Part shown: one piece after another, positions 22,777-31,082 of the stretch | Layout: every line of letters starts with the position of its first letter | Numbering within the stretch: position 1 is the stretch's first letter | DNA from: Alphaproteobacteria bacterium | Lineage (GTDB): Bacteria > Pseudomonadota > Alphaproteobacteria > UBA11136 | Reading direction: 5' to 3' | NCBI GenBank assembly: GCA_030739855.1 | Contig: JASLYJ010000005.1 | Coordinates: 181-64,180, forward strand | Length of the DNA stretch: 64,000 nucleotides | Translations under genes and position numbers: made by a program | The notes under the pieces: generated by a model | What the model was told of the DNA's origin: nothing | Database searches by the model: none | What the model saw: the letters and a program-made list of their open reading frames with translations, nothing else

Positions 22777-23576
22777 TACATATACCCCTCGGCCCGCAGC
22801 CGTTCGAAGGCATCTTCGGCTTCCTTGTCTTGAGCACGGCCGGAACGCTCGGAAACACGGGTCGTTTCCAGTTCGGTGATGATATCGTCAAGTGTCGCGG
22901 CGTTGCTTTCGATAGGCGCGGTACAGGGCGCGCAGCCCAAGGAACGGTGGCGCTTGCCGTTTTTGGCGAAATACAGGTCAATGACCGGAATATCCTCGCG
23001 CTGGATATAGTGCCACACATCGATTTCGGTCCAGTGCAGCAGGGGATGAATCCGCAAATGGGTCCCGGGCGCGAATTCGGTCTTGAACTGGTCCCAGAAC
23101 TCCGGAGGCTGGTCCCTAAAATCCCACTCTGCGTTCTCGCCACGGGGGCTGAAGACACGCTCCTTTGAGCGCGTCCCCTCTTCATCCCGGCGAATCCCGG
23201 CAAAGACGCCGGTAAACCCGTGTTCTGACAACGTGGCCTTAAGCGCCTCGGTCTTCAGAGCGGAACAACAGACCACCTTGCCTTTTTCAGGATCCATTCC
23301 GGCTTCCAGTGCTTTTGTATTCTGGCCAACGATAAGATCGAGATTCCATTCCTTGGCCATGTGGTCGCGAAAAGTGATCATTTCAGGAATCTTGTACGAG
23401 GTATCCACATGGACCACCGGAAAGGGAACGTGGCCGAGAAAGGCCTTGCGCGCCAGCCACAGCATAACGTTGCTGTCCTTGCCGATGGACCACAGCATGG
23501 CCAGTTTGTCGAAGCTCTTAAAAGCCTCACGCAAGATGTAAATGCTCTGGCTTTCCAGAATGTCGAGGTGATTCAT
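22776..23576 (-). CDS. cysD: Sulfate adenylyltransferase subunit 2
   Basis: [19 protein letters not shown]..., WSIGKDS (PP-loop). The start ATG at 23576 forms an ATGA overlap with the cysH stop. Confidence 0.92.
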   Translation of the reverse strand: MNHLDILESQSIYILREAFKSFDKLAMLWSIGKDSNVMLWLARKAFLGHVPFPVVHVDTSYKIPEMITFRDHMAKEWNLDLIVGQNTKALEAGMDPEKGKVVCCSALKTEALKATLSEHGFTGVFAGIRRDEEGTRSKERVFSPRGENAEWDFRDQPPEFWDQFKTEFAPGTHLRIHPLLHWTEIDVWHYIQREDIPVIDLYFAKNGKRHRSLGCAPCTAPIESNAATLDDIITELETTRVSERSGRAQDKEAEDAFERLRAEGYM

Positions 23577-24328
23577 TGACCGGATGCCCAGCTTGCGCGG
23601 TGGATGCCGCATTCGGTTTTCTCTTCCTCTTCCCAGCGTCCTGCGCGCAGGTCCTCGCCTTCGGCCACCTCACGGGTGCAATGGTAACACCCTACGGACG
23701 GATAGCCCCTGGCCACCAAGGGGTGTTGGGGGAGCTTTCTCTCGGAAAAAACGGCCTGGATTTTTTTGTGGCTCCAGTTCACCAGGGGGTTGATCTTGAC
23801 GAACCCGTCCACCGCTTCAATCGGCTCCAGATTCAGCCTGAGATCGCCGTGATATTGCTTGCGGCCGGTAATCCAAGCATCGAAATCGGTCAATGCGTGC
23901 GCCAAGGGCTCCACCTTGCGGATATGGCAGCAGTCGTCGGGATCGCTCTCCCAAAGGTTTCCATTCGGGTCGCTTTCCTGCAATCGCGCTGGGTCGGGGC
24001 TGATGGTGCGCACGTCCGTCAGCCCCAGATGATCGGAAAGCAGGGCGAGGTAGTTATAGGTTTCCTCGAACAGCTTTCCCGTATCGAGAAAGATTACCGG
24101 CACGGCGAGGTCCACCTGGGCCACGAGGTCAAGAAGCACCGCGGCCTCGGTCCCGAAGGAAGAGGACAGGGCGATACGGCCGGGAAATTCCTTTTCGATC
24201 ATGGGCGCAAGAAGGTCGAGCCCGTCGAGACCACCATAGGCGCACACCAGCTCCGCTGCTCGTTCCTCGCACAGCCTTTGCCGGCCCTCGGTTTTGACCA
24301 TGTCCTGGATATTTGCTGAAGTGTTCAT
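23573..24328 (-). CDS. cysH: Adenylylsulfate (APS)/PAPS reductase, thioredoxin-dependent, Fe-S cluster type
   Basis: The PP-loop-like region is followed by a CC pair ([12 protein letters not shown]), a CxxC (VGCYHCT) and the C-terminal ECGIH motif. The CC...CxxC cysteines are characteristic of APS-reducing CysH. Confidence 0.85.
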   Translation of the reverse strand: MNTSANIQDMVKTEGRQRLCEERAAELVCAYGGLDGLDLLAPMIEKEFPGRIALSSSFGTEAAVLLDLVAQVDLAVPVIFLDTGKLFEETYNYLALLSDHLGLTDVRTISPDPARLQESDPNGNLWESDPDDCCHIRKVEPLAHALTDFDAWITGRKQYHGDLRLNLEPIEAVDGFVKINPLVNWSHKKIQAVFSERKLPQHPLVARGYPSVGCYHCTREVAEGEDLRAGRWEEEEKTECGIHRASWASGQ

Positions 24329-26475
24329 CAGACGCCCTTTTGCTGGTTGCGGATCATGTCCATAACCGAACCCGACGAATCCTCCAGCGCCGATGCATCG
24401 AATAGCGACTGCTCAAAAGGTTTCTCCACAAGATCAGCGGCGGTGTCGATCCACACGGCCAATGCCTCGCGGAATGAATCCAGGACGCCATTTCCACCTC
24501 CATTGGCAGCTGTATTCTCGGCCTCAATGACCTTGTCCAGCGCCGCCAGCACCTGGGGGTTGTCGGCATAGCCGCCACGCACCGTGTGCAGGGTTTCATC
24601 ATGGGACAGGCCTTCCCTGACATCGCCCTGACGCACCAGCAGACGGCGGGCCGCGTAATAGATGCCTTCATGGCCAAAAATCCTCCCTTCCTCCGACTGC
24701 TCGCCGAACAGGGCGCGGTCGAAGCCGATCAGGGCATCATCGGCAAGGTCCATCAACAGATCATCCACAGCAAAGGTAGCGGCGCACTCGCTTTTCGCCG
24801 GAGCGGGAGGCTCATAGACCTCTCTCTCGCCCCAGTCGAGATAGATGTTTTCGGTATCGGCGGTTGCCTTTTCCAGCACCGGGGCGAGAACATCCGACAG
24901 GCCTTGTTTACCCAGCTGTTCACTCCATTGGCGGATGCTTTCGCCTTCCTTGCGGTTTTCCGCATATTCCCGCATCAGAATATTCAGAGCTTCCGGGGCA
25001 TAGCGTGCCACCACAATGGGGCCGGAAAGGCCAATATCGCCAAGGTTTCGCGGATTTCCGCCCACGTAAATCTGGTAGTGGGGCGCATTACGGCCATCGA
25101 TTTTCTTACCCATGCCACGGAAACCGAAATCGGCCACATGGTGAAGGCCGCACCCGTTCTGGCACCCCGAAATCATCAAAGAAACCTCGGGCTTGGCCTC
25201 GTAGTCGAGTGCCAAGCTTGCAAGCTCGTGCCCGAAGTTCTGGGAGTTGGTGATGCCGATACGGCAGGTGGTGGTCCCGGGACAGGCAATGACATTCGCC
25301 ACATCACCCGGCTTTTCCTCGACGCCAAAACCGAGCGCTCTCACTGCTTTTTTCACCGCTTCGGTGGCGTCCCGAGGTAAGCCCATGAAAATGAAATTCT
25401 GGTCCCGGGTAATCCGGAACTCTTCCGCACCGTTCTGTTCGGCAATATCCGCCAAGGCTTCCATCTGTTCCGAGGTAAAGAGGCCCAGGGAAGGATTGAC
25501 AACCACCGCCGAACGGCCGTCATGCTGTCTCACCACACCGCCCGGCGAGACGGGATCCGGGACCTCGTCCGGATCACGCCAGTCCAGGGGCGTCGAGGGG
25601 CGCTGGGGCAGGATGCGCACCCGCTCGAACTCCTCCTCGAAAAGGACGCGGAATTTCTCTTCACCGAACCGCTTGATAAGGAATTTGATTCGCGCGGCAT
25701 TACGGTTGATGCGGTTGGAATAGCGCTGATGGAGGCGGATCAGGGCTTCGAGCACAGCCGGCACGTCTTCTTCGGTAACAAAATCCAAGAGACGCACGGC
25801 GACAATGGGTATGCCGCCGGTTCCGCCGCCGCCATTGACAATAAATCCCTTTTTCCCGTCCTTTTCGGTGGCGATAAGCCCCAGGTCATGAATCCCGGAA
25901 GCCCCGCAATCGGTCTCGCATCCGGAAACAGAAACCTTGAACTTTCGCGGCATATGCTGAACCAGCGGATTGCGCAGCAGACTTCTTGAAATTCTGTCGG
26001 CCACGACACCTGCATCAACATGCTCCCGGGGGCACGCCCCTGACAGCTGGCAGGAGGTCATGTTGCGAAGGGTATTGCCGCAGCCCTCCCGCGTGGTCAG
26101 CCCAGCCGAATACAACTCCTTGAGAAGGTCCGGGGTGCGCGCAAGAGGGACGAAATAGAGCTGGAAATCCTGGCGCGTGGTGATGTGGGCCTCACCCTCG
26201 GCATATTTCCGGTTGATGGCGGCAATGCTGCGCAGCCATTCGATGGGCAGGATGCCCCCCGGCAGCTTGATGCGGATCATCTGAACGCCGGGTTGTAGCT
26301 GCCCGTATACGCCAAAACGAAGGCGAAAAGCCGTCCAGCGTTCATCATCCCATTCACCGGAGGTGAAGCTGGCATAGGCCGCCTTGTATTCCTCGAAATC
26401 GGAAAGACTCGAGAGAGGCTCTATGGCGGTTTCCCAATCCCGGCTTAGAGCCTGCGCAGAGGTCACGTCAGACAT
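24328..26475 (-). CDS. cysI: Assimilatory sulfite (or nitrite) reductase hemoprotein, ferredoxin/NirA-like, with a C-terminal extension of about 150 aa
   Basis: Two nitrite/sulfite-reductase repeats with Cys clusters (CPGTTTCRIG ... SGCQNGC). The start is placed at ATG 26475, preceded by GGGAG. The tracked ORF begins at TTG 26490. The stop overlaps the cysH ATG by 1 nt. Confidence 0.8.
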   Translation of the reverse strand: MSDVTSAQALSRDWETAIEPLSSLSDFEEYKAAYASFTSGEWDDERWTAFRLRFGVYGQLQPGVQMIRIKLPGGILPIEWLRSIAAINRKYAEGEAHITTRQDFQLYFVPLARTPDLLKELYSAGLTTREGCGNTLRNMTSCQLSGACPREHVDAGVVADRISRSLLRNPLVQHMPRKFKVSVSGCETDCGASGIHDLGLIATEKDGKKGFIVNGGGGTGGIPIVAVRLLDFVTEEDVPAVLEALIRLHQRYSNRINRNAARIKFLIKRFGEEKFRVLFEEEFERVRILPQRPSTPLDWRDPDEVPDPVSPGGVVRQHDGRSAVVVNPSLGLFTSEQMEALADIAEQNGAEEFRITRDQNFIFMGLPRDATEAVKKAVRALGFGVEEKPGDVANVIACPGTTTCRIGITNSQNFGHELASLALDYEAKPEVSLMISGCQNGCGLHHVADFGFRGMGKKIDGRNAPHYQIYVGGNPRNLGDIGLSGPIVVARYAPEALNILMREYAENRKEGESIRQWSEQLGKQGLSDVLAPVLEKATADTENIYLDWGEREVYEPPAPAKSECAATFAVDDLLMDLADDALIGFDRALFGEQSEEGRIFGHEGIYYAARRLLVRQGDVREGLSHDETLHTVRGGYADNPQVLAALDKVIEAENTAANGGGNGVLDSFREALAVWIDTAADLVEKPFEQSLFDASALEDSSGSVMDMIRNQQKGV

Positions 26476-26534
26476 GGCGTATGCTCCCAAAACCCAGCGT
26501 CAGATATCGTTAAATGCTAATTATGCGCCAATCA

Positions 26535-26607
26535 TAGTGTATAATAACATATTGTCAAATATTTTTAGTGTATAATTATTATATATACAGTAGTAATAGT
26601 GTTATAT
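26535..26607. repeat. Three direct repeats with exactly 31-bp spacing in the AT-rich divergent region between the sulfite reductase gene and ctaA
   Basis: TAGTGTATAAT occurs at 26535 and again, identically, at 26566. A degenerate copy TAGTGTTATAT is at 26597. Each copy embeds a TATAAT-like hexamer. Confidence 0.55.
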
Positions 26608-26698
26608 ATAACATGTCCAGAAATATCTTGTCCCATCGCCTTGCATCCCCAAGCCCTTGTGACGTAGATAACCAACCCCCAGGTGAGAGAAACTCTCC

Positions 26699-27787
26699 AT
26701 GACGCGAAGCCCTTCTTCCGCCTCCGATCCCAAAGGGGTCACGGTTTTACACTCGACCCCGAACAGGCCTCTGGCCATATGGCTTTCCATCTGTTGCGGC
26801 ATGATTTTCGTGATGGTTGTTCTGGGCGGCGTAACGCGACTGACCCATTCCGGCCTTTCCATGGTGGAATGGAAACCCGTCACTGGCTTGCTCCCGCCGC
26901 TAGGAGAGGAAGAATGGCTGAACATTTTTGATAAATATCAGGAATTCCCAGAGTACTGGGAAACAAATAAGGGGATGGATCTTGAGGAATTCAAAGGCAT
27001 CTTTTGGCTGGAATACATCCATCGGCTGTGGGGTCGGGCAATCGGCGCAGTTTTTCTGCTTCCTTTTGTTTGCTTCCTCGTCAAAGGCTGGATCGGAAGA
27101 AAGCTAGGTTTCCATCTAGCAGGGATTTTCTTACTGGGGGGATTACAGGGCCTTTTGGGGTGGTATATGGTGCAAAGCGGGCTTGTGGATCGGCCCGATG
27201 TGAGCCATTACCGGCTTGCCGCCCATCTGGTCGCGGCTTTTGCCATTTATGGATATATCTTCTGGATTATTCTGAAGTTATTGTTCCCGGTTCCCGGCGG
27301 CCCTCCTTCTTCGGCCGCAGCCGGTCTCAAACGCCTGGCTACGCTGATCGTAGTAATAATCTTTGTCACGGTACTGTCCGGTGCCTTGATGGCAGGGCTG
27401 GGTGCGGGAATGGCCTACAACACTTTTCCTCTCATGGAGGACCGGCTGGTACCAGAAGGTATATTCGATATGAGTCCCTGGAGCCTCAATTTCTTCGAGA
27501 ACGTTGCCACGGTACAGTTTGACCACCGAGTGCTGGCCATTGTCACCTTCATAACGGTTCTTTTTCTGTGGCTACGGAGGCACCATTCGGCCCTGTCGGG
27601 ACGTGCCGTCCGGGCAATACATGCCTTGGCCATAATGGTGCTGTTTCAGGTGGTGCTAGGGATCTCGACGCTCCTTCTCTTCGTTCCCGTGTCTCTGGCG
27701 GCGATCCATCAGGCCGGAGCGCTTGTGCTTTTCACTCTGGCTCTATGGACTACCTACGAATTGCGAGGCCAACTACCACAAAGGTAA
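26699..27787 (+). CDS. ctaA: Heme A synthase (COX15/CtaA)
   Basis: 362 aa polytopic membrane protein with GGVTRLT.SGLSMVEWKP and conserved His residues in the transmembrane helices (YIHRLWGR, QFDHRVLA). Confidence 0.88.
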   Translation: MTRSPSSASDPKGVTVLHSTPNRPLAIWLSICCGMIFVMVVLGGVTRLTHSGLSMVEWKPVTGLLPPLGEEEWLNIFDKYQEFPEYWETNKGMDLEEFKGIFWLEYIHRLWGRAIGAVFLLPFVCFLVKGWIGRKLGFHLAGIFLLGGLQGLLGWYMVQSGLVDRPDVSHYRLAAHLVAAFAIYGYIFWIILKLLFPVPGGPPSSAAAGLKRLATLIVVIIFVTVLSGALMAGLGAGMAYNTFPLMEDRLVPEGIFDMSPWSLNFFENVATVQFDHRVLAIVTFITVLFLWLRRHHSALSGRAVRAIHALAIMVLFQVVLGISTLLLFVPVSLAAIHQAGALVLFTLALWTTYELRGQLPQR

Positions 27788-27814
27788 AATTTCCCTTCCC
27801 TGAACGTAATAAAG

Positions 27815-27840
27815 AAAAGGCCCGGAACCCGGGCCTTTTC
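27815..27840. terminator. Bidirectional intrinsic terminator between ctaA and the porin gene
   Basis: aaaa-GGCCCGG-aac-CCGGGCC-tttt. Confidence 0.65.
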
Positions 27841-27910
27841 GAAGTTGGCTTGTGGTCCGTATAAATCTCTCTAAGAAATCAGAGGCTTCCCCTGTCTCCG
27901 GAGAGGCTCA

Positions 27911-28660
27911 TCAGAAGGATCGGCCAACCATGATTACGACCCGTGCGTCAGATGTGTCGCCGTCTTCATGGCCGATGGTGTCATGGAAAGCGAGCTCCGC
28001 ATCAAAACCTAGCACATCTGCCGAAAGTGCCAGCTTGACGTCGCTGTAGTCATCACTTTCATCAACCCACTGAGTGCCCCAATACCCGCCGGCTGTCAGG
28101 CCAGCAAAAGGAATTTTTAGCGGAACCTCTACGCCCAAGTTTAAATAGGCGGAGTCTCCAGTTTCACCGGTAAAGTCAGGTGACATAGCGAGCCCAGCAG
28201 AAAGGGAGTATGGGCCGAGGTCGTAGCCAAGGGAAATGTTACCTTCCCAATAGTCAAGATTGCTAGAATCGGGTGAATCTGGATAGTGGAAGTAGACGAA
28301 TCCGATATCCCAACTGATGGGATCAGGAGCGATACCACTAGCATCACCAGTCAAGCCGCCATACCAATCGAGCTCGATGCTGCCGTCATCGGTACCAAAC
28401 TGGACATTGGATCCCCAAACGCCCGCATATATGCCGATGCCTTCCACAAAGGAATCGATGGAGTAGTCAAGGCTACCCTGAACGGTAGGGGAGTCGTTCA
28501 CAGTCTGCGACACGCCGCGAAAAACGTAGTCAGAGCCTATAGCTACACTCGCGGAAAACTCGCCAGGAATGCTCTCGGCGGGAAGCAGCGATTCAGCACC
28601 AGCCTGCGAAATTCCCATTGCAAAAACCATTGCACCAAAAGCCAGATATGTTCTTTTCAT
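27911..28660 (-). CDS. TorF-family (TIGR02001-like) outer-membrane beta-barrel protein
   Basis: Signal peptide MKRTYLAFGAMVFAMGISQAGA, alternating aromatic/Gly beta-strand pattern and a C-terminal Phe. The start is placed at the second ATG (28660), which is preceded by GGAG. Confidence 0.7.
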   Translation of the reverse strand: MKRTYLAFGAMVFAMGISQAGAESLLPAESIPGEFSASVAIGSDYVFRGVSQTVNDSPTVQGSLDYSIDSFVEGIGIYAGVWGSNVQFGTDDGSIELDWYGGLTGDASGIAPDPISWDIGFVYFHYPDSPDSSNLDYWEGNISLGYDLGPYSLSAGLAMSPDFTGETGDSAYLNLGVEVPLKIPFAGLTAGGYWGTQWVDESDDYSDVKLALSADVLGFDAELAFHDTIGHEDGDTSDARVVIMVGRSF

Positions 28661-29189
28661 TTTTGTCTCCATCGATCTTCCTCAAAAGTTGCATTCGTTG
28701 AGGTCACACTTTGGTATATTGCACCTTCTTGGTTGCGTACATCAACCGTGTCACAAGCCTTAAATACAACTACTCTAAACAGTCTATCAAGCTAAATACC
28801 TGCGCAATATCCGTACCATCCTGTCTTTTTGTTAAAGAATAATATTTTATTATTATAAAACAATTTGTTAGTCGTATTCCAACAGTAATTACACGGATAC
28901 TGTTCCAACGAAAGTAAGTGGGGAAATAGCCTAATATATAGGCACCAAGATTATCTTGCATATTAATTAATCATGAAATGAGCTTCTTTTGCTACAATAA
29001 CGCGTTGCGAATCTAGTCCATCCCGGAAAGTCAGTGCCAACGTGTAATATATTTACAACAAAATTTACCCTTGAATCTTACAGCCTAAAAACTGGTATGA
29101 CCGTACAGCTGTTTACCGAATACCCTCCGTGAAACCCTTTGCCAAGACCCGCCTTGTGATGGCCTAGAAATCCCGGCAAACTCAGGAAC

Positions 29190-30098
29190 ATGAACCCTGA
29201 CACGCATTCAGAAAGTCTTCTCGTGGCCTCATCCGCCTTCATTGAAACCCCCTCCGGAAAAAATACAGGCACAGAGAATTTCCCCGTGGGCTCATGGCTG
29301 TTGCCCGCACATCTTCGCCCACATGTCGCGCTCTTCTACGCCCTGGCGCGGGCCACAGATGACATCGCCGACAACCCCAACCTGTCACCTGAAGAAAAAC
29401 TGGCCCGCCTTGACGGATTTGACATGGCTCTGACGGGAAAACTCATCGACGATTCCCGTTATGAAAAATCCATCCGGCTGCTGAAAAGCCTGACGGATAT
29501 TGGCATAACCACAAATCACAGCCGCGACCTCATCAGCGCCTTCAAACAGGATGCCGTGAAGCTCCGTTACCGGGACTGGAACGACTTAATGAATTACTGT
29601 GATCACTCAGCCGCGCCAGTTGGCCGATTTCTGCTCGACCTGCATGGAGAACCCTGCGGCTACGAAGCATCAGATGCCCTGTGCAACGCCCTGCAGGTCA
29701 TCAATCATCTGCAGGATTGTAAGGATGATTATCTTGCCTTAGATCGTGTCTATATCCCTGAGAACTGGCTAGCGGAATCAGGCATCACCGTTGCCGCCCT
29801 TGGCGATACGTGCGCATCCCGAGAGCTTCGCGGTATTTTGGACCGTTGCCTCGACGGCGTGGAAAACCTTCTCGTAACCGCCCGGGCGCTTCCCGATCTC
29901 CTTAAAAGTCGCCGTCTTGCCATGGAAACAGAAATGATATACCGCGTTGCGGTGCGACTTACCCAGCTGTTACGGCAAAACGATCCCGTGGCCGGCCGCG
30001 TTGCGCTCTCCCCATTTGCATTTTTACTATGCAGCGTCAAAGGCGTGAGTAGCGTGCTATTCAAGTTCCGCCGTAACGTAGCCCACTCTGGACTCTAG
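29190..30098 (+). CDS. hpnC: Squalene/phytoene synthase family protein, HpnC-type (hydroxysqualene synthase)
   Basis: Family motifs are present (ARATDDIADNP, LQDCKDDYL.DRVYIP). It is the first gene of a hpnC-D-E-shc arrangement. The C-versus-D assignment rests on gene order. Confidence 0.8.
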   Translation: MNPDTHSESLLVASSAFIETPSGKNTGTENFPVGSWLLPAHLRPHVALFYALARATDDIADNPNLSPEEKLARLDGFDMALTGKLIDDSRYEKSIRLLKSLTDIGITTNHSRDLISAFKQDAVKLRYRDWNDLMNYCDHSAAPVGRFLLDLHGEPCGYEASDALCNALQVINHLQDCKDDYLALDRVYIPENWLAESGITVAALGDTCASRELRGILDRCLDGVENLLVTARALPDLLKSRRLAMETEMIYRVAVRLTQLLRQNDPVAGRVALSPFAFLLCSVKGVSSVLFKFRRNVAHSGL

Positions 30099-30178
30099 CC
30101 CCCACGAAAAGGACACTTTCCCCGTGTTTTCCCTTGAGGCACATGCGGACCATACGTAGGGTGCCAACGCGGTTATAA

Positions 30179-31078
30179 ATGACCGGAAACGGGAGAGGAA
30201 CGCCTCCAGGGATGAACGATATTGCCAAGAATACGACAGACGATATCGACGCTCGCGAGCATGTTGGTGAGATAGTCAAAGCCTCCGGTACGTCATTTTA
30301 TTGGGGCATGCGCATTCTCTCCCCGGAAAGACGCAATGGTATGTTCGCCGTATACGCCTTTTGCCGTGAAGTGGACGACATTGCCGACAGCGATGAATCC
30401 GAGGCGGAAAAGCTAATGCAGCTTACCCTATGGCGCGGGGAGATTGACTGCCTGTTTGCGGGCAGGCCCAACTATCCCACTGCCCGTGCGCTGCTCGAAC
30501 CGGTCAGGGAATTCAATCTCCGTAAACTGGATTTTCTCGCCGTCATTGACGGCATGGAAATGGACGCACGAGAACAAATGCGTGGTCCGGAAATGAAAAA
30601 TTTTGAACTTTACTGCGCCCGTGTAGCGGGCGCCGTAGGCCTTCTTTCCACCCGTGTCTTCGGGGATGCCAGCCCCCGCGCCAAGGATCACGCCCTGGCC
30701 TTGGGATGTGCTCTTCAGACCACCAACATCCTGCGGGACCTATATGAAGACGCGGCGCGGGGACGTCTTTACCTGCCCAAGGAAATGCTTCTCGCCCACG
30801 GTATTACAGATATAGATCCCCGCATGGTTCTTCGTCATCCTTCCATCGGGGGGGTGTGCGCCGATCTAGCAGAGCTCGCCCAGGAACGTTTTAGTGAGGC
30901 AGCAACGGCCCTTGAGGATTGTGACAAGGAGGCCTTGCGGCCCGCCCGCATCATGGGCGCCATGTATCGTGGTATCCTCACGCGACTCATCAAAAGAGGA
31001 TGGGAAAGGCTCGATGAGCCCGTGCGCGTACCAAAACTGGAAAAGTTTTGGATCACCCTACGCTACGGCCTGGTTTAA
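30179..31078 (+). CDS. hpnD: Squalene/phytoene synthase family protein, HpnD-type (presqualene diphosphate synthase)
   Basis: YAFCREVDDIADS and NILRDLYEDAARGRLYLP Asp-rich motifs. Assigned by synteny. Confidence 0.8.
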   Translation: MTGNGRGTPPGMNDIAKNTTDDIDAREHVGEIVKASGTSFYWGMRILSPERRNGMFAVYAFCREVDDIADSDESEAEKLMQLTLWRGEIDCLFAGRPNYPTARALLEPVREFNLRKLDFLAVIDGMEMDAREQMRGPEMKNFELYCARVAGAVGLLSTRVFGDASPRAKDHALALGCALQTTNILRDLYEDAARGRLYLPKEMLLAHGITDIDPRMVLRHPSIGGVCADLAELAQERFSEAATALEDCDKEALRPARIMGAMYRGILTRLIKRGWERLDEPVRVPKLEKFWITLRYGLV

Positions 31079-31082
31079 TCCC

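Noticed and set aside
23576-25380. Long plus-strand ORFs (247 aa and 264 aa) opposite cysH and the sulfite reductase gene.
   Set aside because: These are shadow ORFs antisense to genes with clear family motifs. They have no motifs of their own, and their boundaries track the real genes.
28770-29272. Small ORFs of 63-64 aa in the AT-rich spacer upstream of hpnC.
   Set aside because: The peptides are dominated by AT-rich codons and have no RBS. One of them overlaps the hpnC start in antisense.
30894-31082. An N-terminal extension of the hpnE ORF that overlaps hpnD by 185 nt.
   Set aside because: The FAD-binding GxGxxG fold begins about 20 residues after GTG 31083, and the extension has no homology-like features. 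The overlap results from the ORF caller taking the most upstream start.
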